The notes below the pieces were generated by a model. The model was not told where the DNA came from and searched no databases. It saw only the letters and a program-made list of their open reading frames with translations. DNA of 64,000 nt from Candidatus Poriferihabitaceae bacterium (GTDB lineage Bacteria > Pseudomonadota > Gammaproteobacteria > Arenicellales > Poriferihabitantaceae): contig CBDFMY010000003.1 of assembly GCA_965249835.1 (NCBI GenBank), positions 1,249,979 to 1,313,978 of the forward strand, written 5' to 3'. The translations under genes and the position numbers were made by a program. Below are positions 9,757 to 19,003 of the stretch, piece by piece (within the stretch, counting starts at the first letter, position 1; the number at the start of each line of letters is the position of its first letter).

Positions 9757-10359
9757 TCAGAGGTCTCCGAAAAGTTGATGATCGATCAGTTCGCAAAAAG
9801 CGTGAATGATTATACCGTGAATTTCCTGCACGCGTGCGGTGGAGTCGCCGGGTGCCACGATGTCAATGTCGTGTTCGTTCAAGATCGGTGACAGCGCACC
9901 GCCGCCCTTGCCGTTCAAGGCGATGCAACGCAGATGGTTGGCTTGCGCGGCGCGCACCGCCTGCAGGATGTTGCTTGAGTTGCCGGACGAAGTAATCGCC
10001 ACCAGTATATCGCCGCGTCTCCCCAGCGCTTCCACCTGGCGGGCGAACACTTCGTCATAACTTTCATCATTGGCGATGGAGGTCAGGGTCGAGACATCGG
10101 CGTTCAGACTGATGGCGGCAAGCGGCCGGCGAACGCGCTGGAACTTGTTCACCAGTTCGGCGGAAAAATGCAGACTGTCGGCGGCCGAACCGCCGTTGCC
10201 GCAGAGCAGAATCTTGCCATCGTTGCCAAGCACCTCGGCCAGCGCGGTTGCGGCTTCGGCTACGACATCGGTTATTTCTCGACGAGCGGCCTGGATGGAT
10301 TGAATGCTGTCGGCAAGCAAAGCATCCACGCGCGCGGCGGCGGTTAACTTTTCAGACAC
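9757..10359 (-). CDS. diaA: SIS-domain protein DiaA / phosphoheptose-isomerase-like
   Basis: CGNGGSAADSLHFSAELV and AITSSGNS SIS motifs; yraN-diaA-dolP synteny as in E. coli. Confidence 0.8.
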   Translation of the reverse strand: MSEKLTAAARVDALLADSIQSIQAARREITDVVAEAATALAEVLGNDGKILLCGNGGSAADSLHFSAELVNKFQRVRRPLAAISLNADVSTLTSIANDESYDEVFARQVEALGRRGDILVAITSSGNSSNILQAVRAAQANHLRCIALNGKGGGALSPILNEHDIDIVAPGDSTARVQEIHGIIIHAFCELIDHQLFGDL

Positions 10360-10405
10360 GGGCTTTGGGGTGGGTGGGGCGGGGTGGGCATGGCGCTATT
10401 GTTTA

Positions 10406-10780
10406 TCAAAACGCGTCGCTAATCCAGTCGATGCGATAGTCGGGTGCGGTGCCGGTGATGGCAACCACATCGAAGCGACAGCCATCAAACGACAAGCCCG
10501 GTTGATGCTGCAAAAAATGCTCGCCGGTGCGCCGCAGTTTGCGCTGCTTGTCGGCATCAATGCTGGGTGCCGCTCCGCCGAAGTGGTCGGAACGCCGATA
10601 GCGAACTTCGACGAACACCAATTCCTGCTGATCAAACATCACCAGGTCCAACTCGCCCGACGAGCAACGGTAATTTTGTTCGTGCAATCGCAGACCGCGG
10701 GATTCGAGATAGGCAAGTGCCGCCTTTTCCGCATCAACACCGCGATGCAAATGGAGCGGCAAGGGCGCGTCACGATTCAT
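10406..10780 (-). CDS. yraN: YraN family (UPF0102) endonuclease-like protein
   Basis: GVDAEKAALAYLESRGLRL...GELDLVMFDQQELVFVEVRYRR. The ATG at 10780 overlaps the lpoA stop (ATGA). Confidence 0.8.
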   Translation of the reverse strand: MNRDAPLPLHLHRGVDAEKAALAYLESRGLRLHEQNYRCSSGELDLVMFDQQELVFVEVRYRRSDHFGGAAPSIDADKQRKLRRTGEHFLQHQPGLSFDGCRFDVVAITGTAPDYRIDWISDAF

Positions 10781-13011
10781 TGGCCGGGCGTGGTTGAGGG
10801 AATGGTGGGCGGCAGCACCACCGGCAAGCCACGGGCGAACTGCGCCCAAGTGAGATGGCGCAGGACATTGCCATCGGCTTTCACGCCAAGGTCCATCGCC
10901 GCACCGAAATATCGCAGTTGCGGGTTGCGTCGCAAAGTATCAAGCGCGGGAATTACCTGATAACTCTCCAGACCCAGCGCATACAACCGGTCGAGGTCGG
11001 TGTGGTAATACGCTCCCGGCTCACGCCCGGGGGGCTGCACCGACCAAGATTCTGCTGACTCGGGTTCCGGCTGCGGCTGCGGCAAAACCGCGGCATCCAG
11101 TATCCAGTTCATGTCGCCGAAAATGATGCCGTCAAGGTCGGCATCAATCGCCGGATCGGGTTTGTCGTCATACACTTCGGAGGTGGCGTATAGCGCGAGA
11201 TCGTGGGCTTGATAAAACCGCAGTTGCGGCACAAGTTGCCGCGCCTGTTCGGCGTTGGCAGCGAGAAACAAAAAGTCAATGTCGTGCCGGCGGCGCGGCG
11301 TGAATTCCAGTTTGATGCCCAATCGTGCATCCAGAATGCGTTTGCGTTTGATGCTTTGGTCGAGGCCAAGCAGTTGTTGGATGATCCGGGGATGGTCGGA
11401 ACTGTCATCGGAAAAAGATGTGTCGTCCACCAGCGTCGCGCCGAGCAATTCCCACTGTTCGGCAAAAGCATCGGCGACCCGCTGACCCCAATGCGAATCG
11501 CTTCGGAAAATCCCCGCCTGGCGGTGGCCATCGGCAAACGCCCGCATCGCCACCTGTCGGGCTTCCTGCTCCGGCGACAGGCTGATGCCATACCAATTCG
11601 GTGCGCTTTGCGCTTCAGGGATGCTGCCGACCAACAGCACCGGCAGTGGCGGCGGCGCACCGGAGAGCAACGCATCCACCGCCCGCTGCCCCAGCGGTCC
11701 CACGATGAAATCCACGCCATCATTCACCGCGGCTCCATAATACAACGACACCAACTGCGGGTCTGTGCCGATGTCATACCAACTCACCGTGGGCAGGTCG
11801 CTCGCCGAGTCATCGTTGCGCGCCGCCATAAAGCCATCGTAAAACGCGTGTGCGGCTTCGCCGAATTTTGAGGTCAGCGGCAACAGCAGGGCGATGTGTC
11901 GGGGATGAGTAGCGACCGAATCGTCCGCCAGCAGATGCTGATTGAACAATCGTGGCGAAGCCGGATGCCCGGGATAGAGCGTGCGCCATTGCCGGATTGC
12001 CGCTATTCGCTCGGCAGGCGATTCGGATTGCAACACTTCACTCAGCGCGACCCAGCCGGATAAGATATCGCCAGCGGCATCGTCGTCGGGATTTTCCTGC
12101 AGCAGCAACCGACCGAGCGAATCCAGCGACTCGATCAAATCGAGAATGTGCCGCTGGTTGGCAACCCGCCCGGCCGGCTCCGGCAAGTTATCCAGTTGCA
12201 ACCGAGTCGCCACCGCCGCATCGTTGCGTCCCAGTGTTTGCTCGGAATCGGCGCGCAACCGCAACAGCCGGGCGCGGGTTTGCGCGCTCAGGCTGGGGGT
12301 TTGTTCGAGCGTGCGCAGCCATTCCAGAGCGTGCTCGTGCTGTCCCAGGGTCTGTACCAGATGCGCCTGATGGAGCATCAGACCATGCCGCTGAAAGTCC
12401 GCCATGGGCAGGTATTGCAAACGCACGATGAGGCTTTGCGCGGCGGCCGGTTGGTTCTGCCGGATAAATCCGTCAATGGCGCGCAACAGTAGCGGCACCG
12501 CTTGTTGTGGCGCAAGCGATTCCGCACGATTCGCCAGCATGCGGGGATCATCCTCGGCCACGGTAATCCCCGGTTCATCATTCAGCGCCTGGGCGATGGC
12601 TTGCTCCTCGTCCGGTTCCTCGGTTGGTTCCTTGGCCGGCTGGCTGGGCTGCGTGACCACTGGTTCATCATTCAGCGTCTGAGCGATGGCTTGCTCCTCG
12701 TCCGGTTCCTCGGTTGGTTTCTTGGCTGGCTGGCTGGGCTGCGTGACCACTGGTTCATCATTCAGCGCCTGAGCGATGGCTTGCTCCTCGTCCGGTTCCT
12801 CAGATGGTTCCTTGGCCGGCTGGCTGGGCTGCGTGACCACCGGCCGCTCGGTTATTTGCGGTGTAGTGGGCGGTGTAGTCGGCGGCGCAGTCGGCCAAGG
12901 CCCCGGCAGGGGAATGCAGGCGGCGACCAGCACCGACAGCAGTATGGCGGTGGCGGTGCGGCAAAGGGAAAGCGAAAGGGTTGCCGGCCGACGATCACCT
13001 CCGGCCGTCAT
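10777..13011 (-). CDS. lpoA: Penicillin-binding protein activator LpoA (LppC/YraM family) with repeat-expanded N-terminal linker
   Basis: Lipobox LSVLVAAC after the M at 13011; C-terminal periplasmic-binding-protein-like region (LLLPLTSKFGEAAHAFYDGF, DFIVGPLG). Divergent from rsmI as in E. coli. Confidence 0.8.
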   Translation of the reverse strand: MTAGGDRRPATLSLSLCRTATAILLSVLVAACIPLPGPWPTAPPTTPPTTPQITERPVVTQPSQPAKEPSEEPDEEQAIAQALNDEPVVTQPSQPAKKPTEEPDEEQAIAQTLNDEPVVTQPSQPAKEPTEEPDEEQAIAQALNDEPGITVAEDDPRMLANRAESLAPQQAVPLLLRAIDGFIRQNQPAAAQSLIVRLQYLPMADFQRHGLMLHQAHLVQTLGQHEHALEWLRTLEQTPSLSAQTRARLLRLRADSEQTLGRNDAAVATRLQLDNLPEPAGRVANQRHILDLIESLDSLGRLLLQENPDDDAAGDILSGWVALSEVLQSESPAERIAAIRQWRTLYPGHPASPRLFNQHLLADDSVATHPRHIALLLPLTSKFGEAAHAFYDGFMAARNDDSASDLPTVSWYDIGTDPQLVSLYYGAAVNDGVDFIVGPLGQRAVDALLSGAPPPLPVLLVGSIPEAQSAPNWYGISLSPEQEARQVAMRAFADGHRQAGIFRSDSHWGQRVADAFAEQWELLGATLVDDTSFSDDSSDHPRIIQQLLGLDQSIKRKRILDARLGIKLEFTPRRRHDIDFLFLAANAEQARQLVPQLRFYQAHDLALYATSEVYDDKPDPAIDADLDGIIFGDMNWILDAAVLPQPQPEPESAESWSVQPPGREPGAYYHTDLDRLYALGLESYQVIPALDTLRRNPQLRYFGAAMDLGVKADGNVLRHLTWAQFARGLPVVLPPTIPSTTPGQ
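12564..12842 (-). repeat. Three tandem 93-bp in-frame repeats inside lpoA
   Basis: The unit ttcatcattcagcg... recurs with a 93-bp period (12564-12656, 12657-12749, 12750-12842). It encodes EPVVTQPSQPAKEPxEEPDEEQAIAQxLND three times. Confidence 0.9.
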
Positions 13012-13054
13012 GGGGCATTCTTCGCCGGAGCAAGACCGTGATAGATTGGCGTCC

Positions 13055-13942
13055 ATGGCGACAAGTATACGAGACCTTCGCATGAACGGCAAAACCGCAA
13101 CCACCGAAAGTGGAACACTGTTCATCGTCGCAACCCCCATCGGAAACCTCGGGGACATCACCCTGCGGGCCATCGATGTGTTGACGCGGGTTGATTTAAT
13201 TCTCGCGGAAGACACCCGACGCGCGGCGATTTTGTTGCGCCATCTGAACATCCGCACGCCGGTGAAGTCGTTTCACCGGGACAACGAAGCCGCGCGCCTG
13301 ACCTCGGTGCTACGGCAACTCGGCGATGGCGCGCAAATCGCGCTTATCAGCGATGCTGGCACGCCGCTGATTAGCGACCCGGGTTATCCGCTGGTGCAAC
13401 AAGCCAGAGAACGCGGCATCACCGTAACCCCGGTGCCGGGCCCAAGCGCCCTGATTGCGGCGTTGTCGGCATCGGGATGTCGCGCCGACCGCTTTTGCTT
13501 TGAAGGATTTCTGCTGGCAAAAGCCGAAGGACGCCGCCGACGTTTGCAGGAATTGAAAGGCGAGACCCGCACGTTGGTATTGTATGAATCCAGCCACCGC
13601 ATCAGCGCAACCCTGGCCGCCATCTCGACAACGCTCGGCGGCCATAGAATGCTCACCGTGGCGCGCGAAATCAGCAAAAAATTCGAGACGTTTTACTGCG
13701 GCACGGTGACGGAAGTAATGCAAACCATCGCCGCCGATGCCCGCCATCGCAAGGGCGAATTCGTACTCGTTCTAAGCGGCGCAACCGAACCCGAAGCCGA
13801 CCACGAACGTGCGGTGGAAATCATGGAATTGTTGAGCACGGAAATGCCCCTGAAACGCGCCAGCAAAATCGCCGCACGCCTTCTTCCTGAAAACAGCAAC
13901 GAATTGTATGCGCTTGGGCTTGAGATTAAGCGAAAGGCTTAA
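13055..13942 (+). CDS. rsmI: 16S rRNA (cytidine1402-2'-O)-methyltransferase RsmI
   Basis: GTLFIVATPIGNLGDITLRA and SDAGTPLISDPG motifs. Start is ambiguous (13055 or 13082). Confidence 0.85.
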   Translation: MATSIRDLRMNGKTATTESGTLFIVATPIGNLGDITLRAIDVLTRVDLILAEDTRRAAILLRHLNIRTPVKSFHRDNEAARLTSVLRQLGDGAQIALISDAGTPLISDPGYPLVQQARERGITVTPVPGPSALIAALSASGCRADRFCFEGFLLAKAEGRRRRLQELKGETRTLVLYESSHRISATLAAISTTLGGHRMLTVAREISKKFETFYCGTVTEVMQTIAADARHRKGEFVLVLSGATEPEADHERAVEIMELLSTEMPLKRASKIAARLLPENSNELYALGLEIKRKA

Positions 13943-14210
13943 TTGCGCTTGCTTATTTTGCGCGTATCATCCCTGATACGCGCCCTTCGGGCTCGCTTCG
14001 CTCGCGCCAATCAATTCATGGCGCTCCCGGCGATTTTTTCCGCCATGGTTTATTACGCCGTATAGTGTTGCGTTGCTGCTTATCCGCTTAATGTAGGCGC
14101 GCTCCACCGCTCCTTGCGCGCCTTGCCTGACGAAAAATAATCTGCGCTCAATGTCGCTTGCCTATCAACGAAAATGCGGCGCGCAATGGCGGCGAAAAGG
14201 CAAGCACAAT
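13943..14210. repeat. Modular intergenic repeat element (modules L-A-B plus inverted L), MITE/REP-like
   Basis: Starts at the rsmI stop with ATTGCGCTTGCTTATTTT and ends with its inverted copy AAAAGGCAAGCACAAT. Module A (13960-14039) contains the hairpin GCGCGTATCA-TCCC-TGATACGCGC. Modules recur at 45080-45800, 48494-48604, 54231-54950, 56135-56335 and 58493-58935. Confidence 0.85.
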
Positions 14211-14267
14211 TCACCGCTGACATCTTATAATCCTTAACACACCACGAATCGCCATCGAGAAAAAACC

Positions 14268-14807
14268 GTGAAACATTTCCTTCTCATTGCCATGTTGTTC
14301 GCCAGCCCAATTCGTGCCGACCAGAACCTGCCGGTGCTGGACGAATTGTTTGCGTTGCTGAACGGTGCGCTTGAGGCGGAAACGGCGGTGGCGGTTACGC
14401 GAGAAATTTGGGCGGCGTGGTTGCAACACGATGATGAACAGGTGCGCGCGTTGATGGATGCCGGTATGCGCGACATGAATAGCCAACGCTGGCACGATGC
14501 GCTGGCGCAATTTGATGCGGTGATTGGTCGCGCGCCGGATTTTTCCGAGGCGTGGAACAAACGCGCAACGGTGTATTACCTGATGGGCGACTTCGCCGCA
14601 TCATCCGCCGATGTGGTCGAAACATTGCGCCTTGAGCCGCGCCATTTCGGTGCGCTTGCCGGGCAAGGGATGATGCACTTACAGGAAAAAAATTGGGAGT
14701 TGGCGTTGCTGTATTTTCGTCGTGCGCTGAGCGCAAACCCGCACATGGATAATATTCGGCAATATGTTGAATTGCTGTCGCGGATGCAGAAACAAAAGAC
14801 AATTTAG
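14268..14807 (+). CDS. Secreted TPR-repeat protein
   Basis: GTG start, signal peptide MKHFLLIAMLFASPIRA, TPR-like helices (AWNKRATVYYLMGDFAASSADVVETLRLEP). Confidence 0.65.
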   Translation: MKHFLLIAMLFASPIRADQNLPVLDELFALLNGALEAETAVAVTREIWAAWLQHDDEQVRALMDAGMRDMNSQRWHDALAQFDAVIGRAPDFSEAWNKRATVYYLMGDFAASSADVVETLRLEPRHFGALAGQGMMHLQEKNWELALLYFRRALSANPHMDNIRQYVELLSRMQKQKTI

Positions 14808-14857
14808 TTGCGTCGTATCCCTTTGGTCGGTTGCCTGATTTTATAAATGCTTTGCCA

Positions 14858-15286
14858 ATGCTCTTACCAATGCTCTGGATCAAATCTTTTCATATTCTAT
14901 TTATGGTTACCTGGTTCGCCGGGTTGTTTTATCTGCCGCGCCTGTATGTCTATCACGCTCAGGCAAGCGACCCGATTGGTATCGCGCGGTTCAAGGTAAT
15001 GGAGCGCAAACTTTTCTGGGGCATCATGACCCCAAGCGCGGTGCTGACCATCGGGTTCGGTGCGTGGCTGTGGACTATCTACGGATTTTCCGGGCGCTGG
15101 CTGGTGCTGAAGTTGTTATTGGTGGCGATGGTGATCGCTTATCACATCTGGTGCTACCTGAAACTCAACGATTTCCTCCACGACCGAAACCGTCACGGCT
15201 CGGTCTATTATCGCTGGATGAACGAAGCGCCGGTATTGCTACTCGCCGGAATTATTCTATTGGCGGTGGTCAAACCGCTCGGCTGA
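14858..15286 (+). CDS. hemJ: Protoporphyrinogen IX oxidase HemJ
   Basis: LWIKSFHILFMVTWFAGLFYLPRLYVYH is the HemJ signature. The ATG at 14858 is preferred to the TTG at 14831. Confidence 0.8.
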   Translation: MLLPMLWIKSFHILFMVTWFAGLFYLPRLYVYHAQASDPIGIARFKVMERKLFWGIMTPSAVLTIGFGAWLWTIYGFSGRWLVLKLLLVAMVIAYHIWCYLKLNDFLHDRNRHGSVYYRWMNEAPVLLLAGIILLAVVKPLG

Positions 15287-15294
15287 ATCGTTCG

Positions 15295-16335
15295 TTAGGA
15301 CGCGTGGTTATGTTCGGCTTTTGGATCCCGCGCCAGTAAATCCCGCACCGCGCTTTTGGGGTCGTGTCCCTGATGCAAAACTCGATACACCTGCTCGGTG
15401 ATGGGCATTTCCACGCCCAGTTCACGGCTCATCGAATAAAGTTCGCGGGCGGTGTTGATGCCTTCAATTGCCTGACCGATTTCCCGACACATGCGCTCGC
15501 GCGATTTGCCTTGCCCGATGCCTAGCCCGAAGCGTCGATTGCGCGATTGGTCATCGGTGCAGGTCAAGATTAAATCTCCGACCCCGGCCAGGCCGGTGAA
15601 GGTGTCGGCGCGGCCGCCGCGTGCGACCCCGAGCCGCGTCAGTTCGGCCAGGCCGCGCGTGATTAACGCGGCCCGGGCGTTGGCGCCAAAACCGAGACCG
15701 TCGCTGATTCCGGCGGCGATTGCCATGACGTTTTTAATCGCGCCGCCGAGTTGCACGCCGATCAGGTCATCGCTGAAATAAACCCGCGTGGTGGGGTTGC
15801 GAAACCAGTCAGCCAGCGATTCCGCGGTGCTTTGTTCGGCACATGCCAGGGTCAATGCGGTAGGCAGTCCACTCGCCATCTCGCCGGCGAAACTTGGCCC
15901 GGAGATGACCGTGTGCGCCGCGTGCGCACCGCCGCCAAAAATGTCATCCACCACTTCGCCGGGTAATTGCCCGCCGCGGTCGAAACCTTTGGTGCCCCAG
16001 ATCAGGGTGGCGGCATCTGCCGAATGTCCGGCGGCGATGATGCTGCGGTGAAGCGCGGTTAGCGTCTCGCGAAACGCGTGGCTGGGAACCGCCACCACGA
16101 AAGCAAGGTCATCGTTCGCCAAAGCATCAAAGTCAGTTTCGACTTTGAGGTTGGCCGGAAATTCCAGACCGGGCAGGTAGCGTTGATTGCAACGCCGCCG
16201 TGCCATCTCTTCCATTTGCGCGATGTTCCGACCCCACAGCCGCACATGGTTGATGTTGTCGGCCAGCGCCATCGCCAGTGCCGTGCCCCACGACCCGGCA
16301 CCGACCACGCAAACCGATTCCGGGAGGGTAGTCAT
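15295..16335 (-). CDS. gpsA: NAD(P)H-dependent glycerol-3-phosphate dehydrogenase
   Basis: VVGAGSWGTALA Rossmann motif, GAIKNV, full-length GpsA-like sequence; secB-gpsA synteny. Confidence 0.9.
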   Translation of the reverse strand: MTTLPESVCVVGAGSWGTALAMALADNINHVRLWGRNIAQMEEMARRRCNQRYLPGLEFPANLKVETDFDALANDDLAFVVAVPSHAFRETLTALHRSIIAAGHSADAATLIWGTKGFDRGGQLPGEVVDDIFGGGAHAAHTVISGPSFAGEMASGLPTALTLACAEQSTAESLADWFRNPTTRVYFSDDLIGVQLGGAIKNVMAIAAGISDGLGFGANARAALITRGLAELTRLGVARGGRADTFTGLAGVGDLILTCTDDQSRNRRFGLGIGQGKSRERMCREIGQAIEGINTARELYSMSRELGVEMPITEQVYRVLHQGHDPKSAVRDLLARDPKAEHNHAS

Positions 16336-16370
16336 GACCGAGCAAGCAGAAGGGCGCGAGACGCCCGGTT

Positions 16371-16901
16371 TTAGTTTGGCCGGGTTGCCCCGGAGGGCGG
16401 GGCGCTGCGCGCTTCCTTGGCTTTTTTCTGGTGGTATAACGCCTGAAAATTGATCGGACTGAGCAGCAGTTGCGGGAAGCCGCCCTTGGAAATCAGGCTT
16501 GCCATGGCCTCGCGCGCAAACGGAAGCAGGACATGCGGGCAGGCGGTTTCCAGTATCGCTTCGATGTTTGCGGCATCAATATTGGTGGCGGTACTCTGGG
16601 TGATTTGGAAAATGCCGGCTTGCTGAACTTCGGCGAGGAACAAGTTCTGTTTTTCGTGGGCGGCGGTCACGGTGGTGTTCAGCACCACCTCGTAAAAATC
16701 CTGACCCTCTTCGATGCGCTGGTGGGTCATGGTCATCTGCACATCCAGCGTCGGGTTGATTTCACCTTTGGCAAAAATCTGCGGGCTTGCCGGCGATTCA
16801 AACGAAGCGTCCTTTAAATACACCTTCTTCGCTTCGATGATCGAGCGATTGTTGGTGTGGCCGGGTCCGCTAGCCTGCGCGGGTTTTTCATTCTGGGACA
16901 T
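16371..16901 (-). CDS. secB: Protein-export chaperone SecB
   Basis: VYLKDASFESP...NPTLDVQM...CPHVLLPFAREAMASLISKGGFPQLLLSPINF. Confidence 0.9.
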   Translation of the reverse strand: MSQNEKPAQASGPGHTNNRSIIEAKKVYLKDASFESPASPQIFAKGEINPTLDVQMTMTHQRIEEGQDFYEVVLNTTVTAAHEKQNLFLAEVQQAGIFQITQSTATNIDAANIEAILETACPHVLLPFAREAMASLISKGGFPQLLLSPINFQALYHQKKAKEARSAPPSGATRPN

Positions 16902-16907
16902 GACGAA

Positions 16908-17342
16908 TCAGCCTTTTACCAGCGGCAGGTTTTCTTTTTTCCATGCGGCGAGGCCGCCCTCGAGAACATACAGTTGTTTGAATTCTTTGCCGCGCAGGAT
17001 GGACACCGCCTTGGCCGAGCGCGTGCCGTTCTGGCAGGCGATGATGATCGGTTTGTTTTTGTGTTTGTTGAGTTTGGAGATTTTGTCGTTGATTTGATCG
17101 AAGGGCAGGTTGATGGCTTGCTCAATGTGTCCTTTCTTAAATGCCTCCGCCTCGCACACATCCACCACCACCGCGGACTCGCGGTTTTGCAGTTTTGGCA
17201 ATTGCAGGGGAGAAACTTTCTGCGCGTTGCCGCCGGGATTGAGCGACAGCAACAGCACAATCACCGCCAGCATCACGAACAAATACCAGTTCTGGGAAAC
17301 GAATTCGAGAATCATTAACTTGAGTTTGGAGCGCCTGCGCAA
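16908..17342 (-). CDS. Membrane-anchored rhodanese-domain protein (YibN-like)
   Basis: N-terminal TM helix; rhodanese active-site loop ACQNGTRS; position upstream of secB as yibN in E. coli. Confidence 0.75.
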   Translation of the reverse strand: MRRRSKLKLMILEFVSQNWYLFVMLAVIVLLLSLNPGGNAQKVSPLQLPKLQNRESAVVVDVCEAEAFKKGHIEQAINLPFDQINDKISKLNKHKNKPIIIACQNGTRSAKAVSILRGKEFKQLYVLEGGLAAWKKENLPLVKG

Positions 17343-17626
17343 AGCGGCGATTCTACCCCAACGGCGTAGTCGCTGACAACCGAGCGGATTATAATTTCGC
17401 TCATTTCACCGCGGTGTTTCGGTCAAAACCGGCGAAGGAATCGGCGAAGTGGGTTCCACCGGTGGCTTGCCCGCCCCGGCTTGTATTTCGAAATCCGACA
17501 CAATAATGGTGAACCCCAGTGGTGAACCATGGGTCCGCCGGAATGGTGCCGGATGTAGTTGCGGCGGCTGCCTTTTCCACCCACTGCGCATCGCATCGTT
17601 GCAAATTTGGGTATAGTATTCTCCTG

Positions 17627-18985
17627 ATGAAACTGAAATCTATTTTGCCGCTGCCGCTATTCCTGCTATTGAGCGGGTTGCTGTTTGGCAGCGTAACTTT
17701 CGCCGATGACACGAAATCTGGCGAGCAGCCGTTGCCGCTGGATGAACTGCGGTTATTCACCGAGGTGTTCGGAAAAATAAAAAGCGCATATGTCGACAAG
17801 GCAGATGATGAGACGCTGTTGCGGGATGCGATTCAGGGTATGCTGGCGGGGCTTGATCCACATTCGTTTTTTCTGGATGCGGAAGCGTTTCGCGAGATGC
17901 GGATGTCCAGCGAAGGAAAGTTCAACGGGCTTGGTCTGGAAATCGCCATTGAAGACGGGCTCATCCGGGTAATCGCGCCCATTGATGACACGCCGGCCCA
18001 GCGTGCCGGTATTCAGCCCGGCGACCTGATTATCATGCTGGACGGCGTGTCGGCACAGGGTATGGGGTTGCCGGATGCGCTGGAAGGCATGCGCGGCCCG
18101 CCGGGTTCGGAAGTGGTTCTGACCATTTCCCGCGGCGACAACGAAGTGTTTGATGTTAAGTTGGTGCGCGCCCTCATCGAGGTGGCCGAGGTCAAAAGCG
18201 AAATGCTCGAAGCCGGATTCGGCTACATTCGCATCGCCAGTTTCCAGAACGACACCGGCGCGAACTTGCGCGATGGCATCGAACAACTGGAACAGCAAAA
18301 CGGCGGCGCGCTCAAAGGTCTGGTGCTGGACTTGCGCAACAATCCCGGGGGCGTGTTGCATGGTGCGGCGGATGTCAGCGATGCGTTTCTCAACTCCGGG
18401 CTGATCGTATCCACCCGCGGGCGCAACGCCGATGCCAACCATAGTTTCCGCGCAACCAGCGATGACCTGATCGATGATGCGCCGGTGGTGGTGCTGGTCA
18501 ATGGCGGTTCCGCATCGGCATCAGAAATCGTTGCCGGTGCGTTGCAGGATCACAAGCGTGCGATCATCATGGGAACGCGCACCTTCGGCAAGGGCTCGGT
18601 GCAGACTGTGATTCCTATCGACAACGGCGGCGCATTGAAACTCACCACGGCGCGCTACTACACGCCATCCAACCGCTCAATTCAGGCGCGGGGCATCGTC
18701 CCCGACATCATCATTGAAGCGCGGGAGCCAGCCACAACCGAGCCGAGCGAGCGGGAAATCCGCGAGGCCGACCTGGCCGGTCATTTGCCAAACGACCGCG
18801 CCGGCGATGCCGCAGGCGATGATAAAACCGACTCCTCGGATTTGGCGAAGCGGGAGACGCGGGCCAAGAGGGATTACCAGGTGGGCGAAGCACTTAACCT
18901 ATTGAAGGGTATGAGTCTGGTGCGACTGCGCGGGCAAGAGGGCATTCAACCCGCCCCGGCGCCTGGCGTTTCCGGGGAAGGGTAG
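17627..18985 (+). CDS. Carboxy-terminal processing protease (S41 family)
   Basis: Signal peptide MKLKSILPLPLFLLLSGLLFGSVTFA; PDZ region (GIQPGDLIIMLDG); LDLRNNPGG, GSASASEI, TFGKGSVQ catalytic motifs. Confidence 0.85.
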   Translation: MKLKSILPLPLFLLLSGLLFGSVTFADDTKSGEQPLPLDELRLFTEVFGKIKSAYVDKADDETLLRDAIQGMLAGLDPHSFFLDAEAFREMRMSSEGKFNGLGLEIAIEDGLIRVIAPIDDTPAQRAGIQPGDLIIMLDGVSAQGMGLPDALEGMRGPPGSEVVLTISRGDNEVFDVKLVRALIEVAEVKSEMLEAGFGYIRIASFQNDTGANLRDGIEQLEQQNGGALKGLVLDLRNNPGGVLHGAADVSDAFLNSGLIVSTRGRNADANHSFRATSDDLIDDAPVVVLVNGGSASASEIVAGALQDHKRAIIMGTRTFGKGSVQTVIPIDNGGALKLTTARYYTPSNRSIQARGIVPDIIIEAREPATTEPSEREIREADLAGHLPNDRAGDAAGDDKTDSSDLAKRETRAKRDYQVGEALNLLKGMSLVRLRGQEGIQPAPAPGVSGEG

Positions 18986-19003
18986 TCGGCGGCAATCTTT
19001 CGA

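Noticed and set aside
12564-12842. Possible CRISPR-like periodic repeats
   Set aside because: The units are contiguous (no spacers), 93 bp long, in frame inside lpoA, and translate to a sensible Pro/Glu-rich linker. No CRISPR array or cas genes occur anywhere in the window.
12776-13257. Long N-terminal extensions of the rsmI ORF (from 12776) and the lpoA ORF (to 13257) that overlap each other
   Set aside because: The extensions are mutual antisense read-through. The functional starts are set by the LpoA lipoprotein signal (13011) and the RsmI N-terminal consensus (13055/13082).
14080-14095. CTTATCCGCTTAA in repeat module B as a DnaA box, with oriC near rpmH/mnmG
   Set aside because: It has two mismatches to TTATCCACA and occurs only as part of the dispersed repeat. 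There is no cluster of true boxes, no AT-rich 13-mers, and dnaA is not adjacent. An origin call is not supported.
17343-17626. 284-bp GC-rich spacer between the rhodanese gene and the protease gene; considered a riboswitch or small RNA (ggtgaacc...ggtgaacc motifs)
   Set aside because: I could not fit it to any riboswitch or sRNA consensus I know (cobalamin, SAM, 6S). Without covariance-model scanning the call would be a guess.
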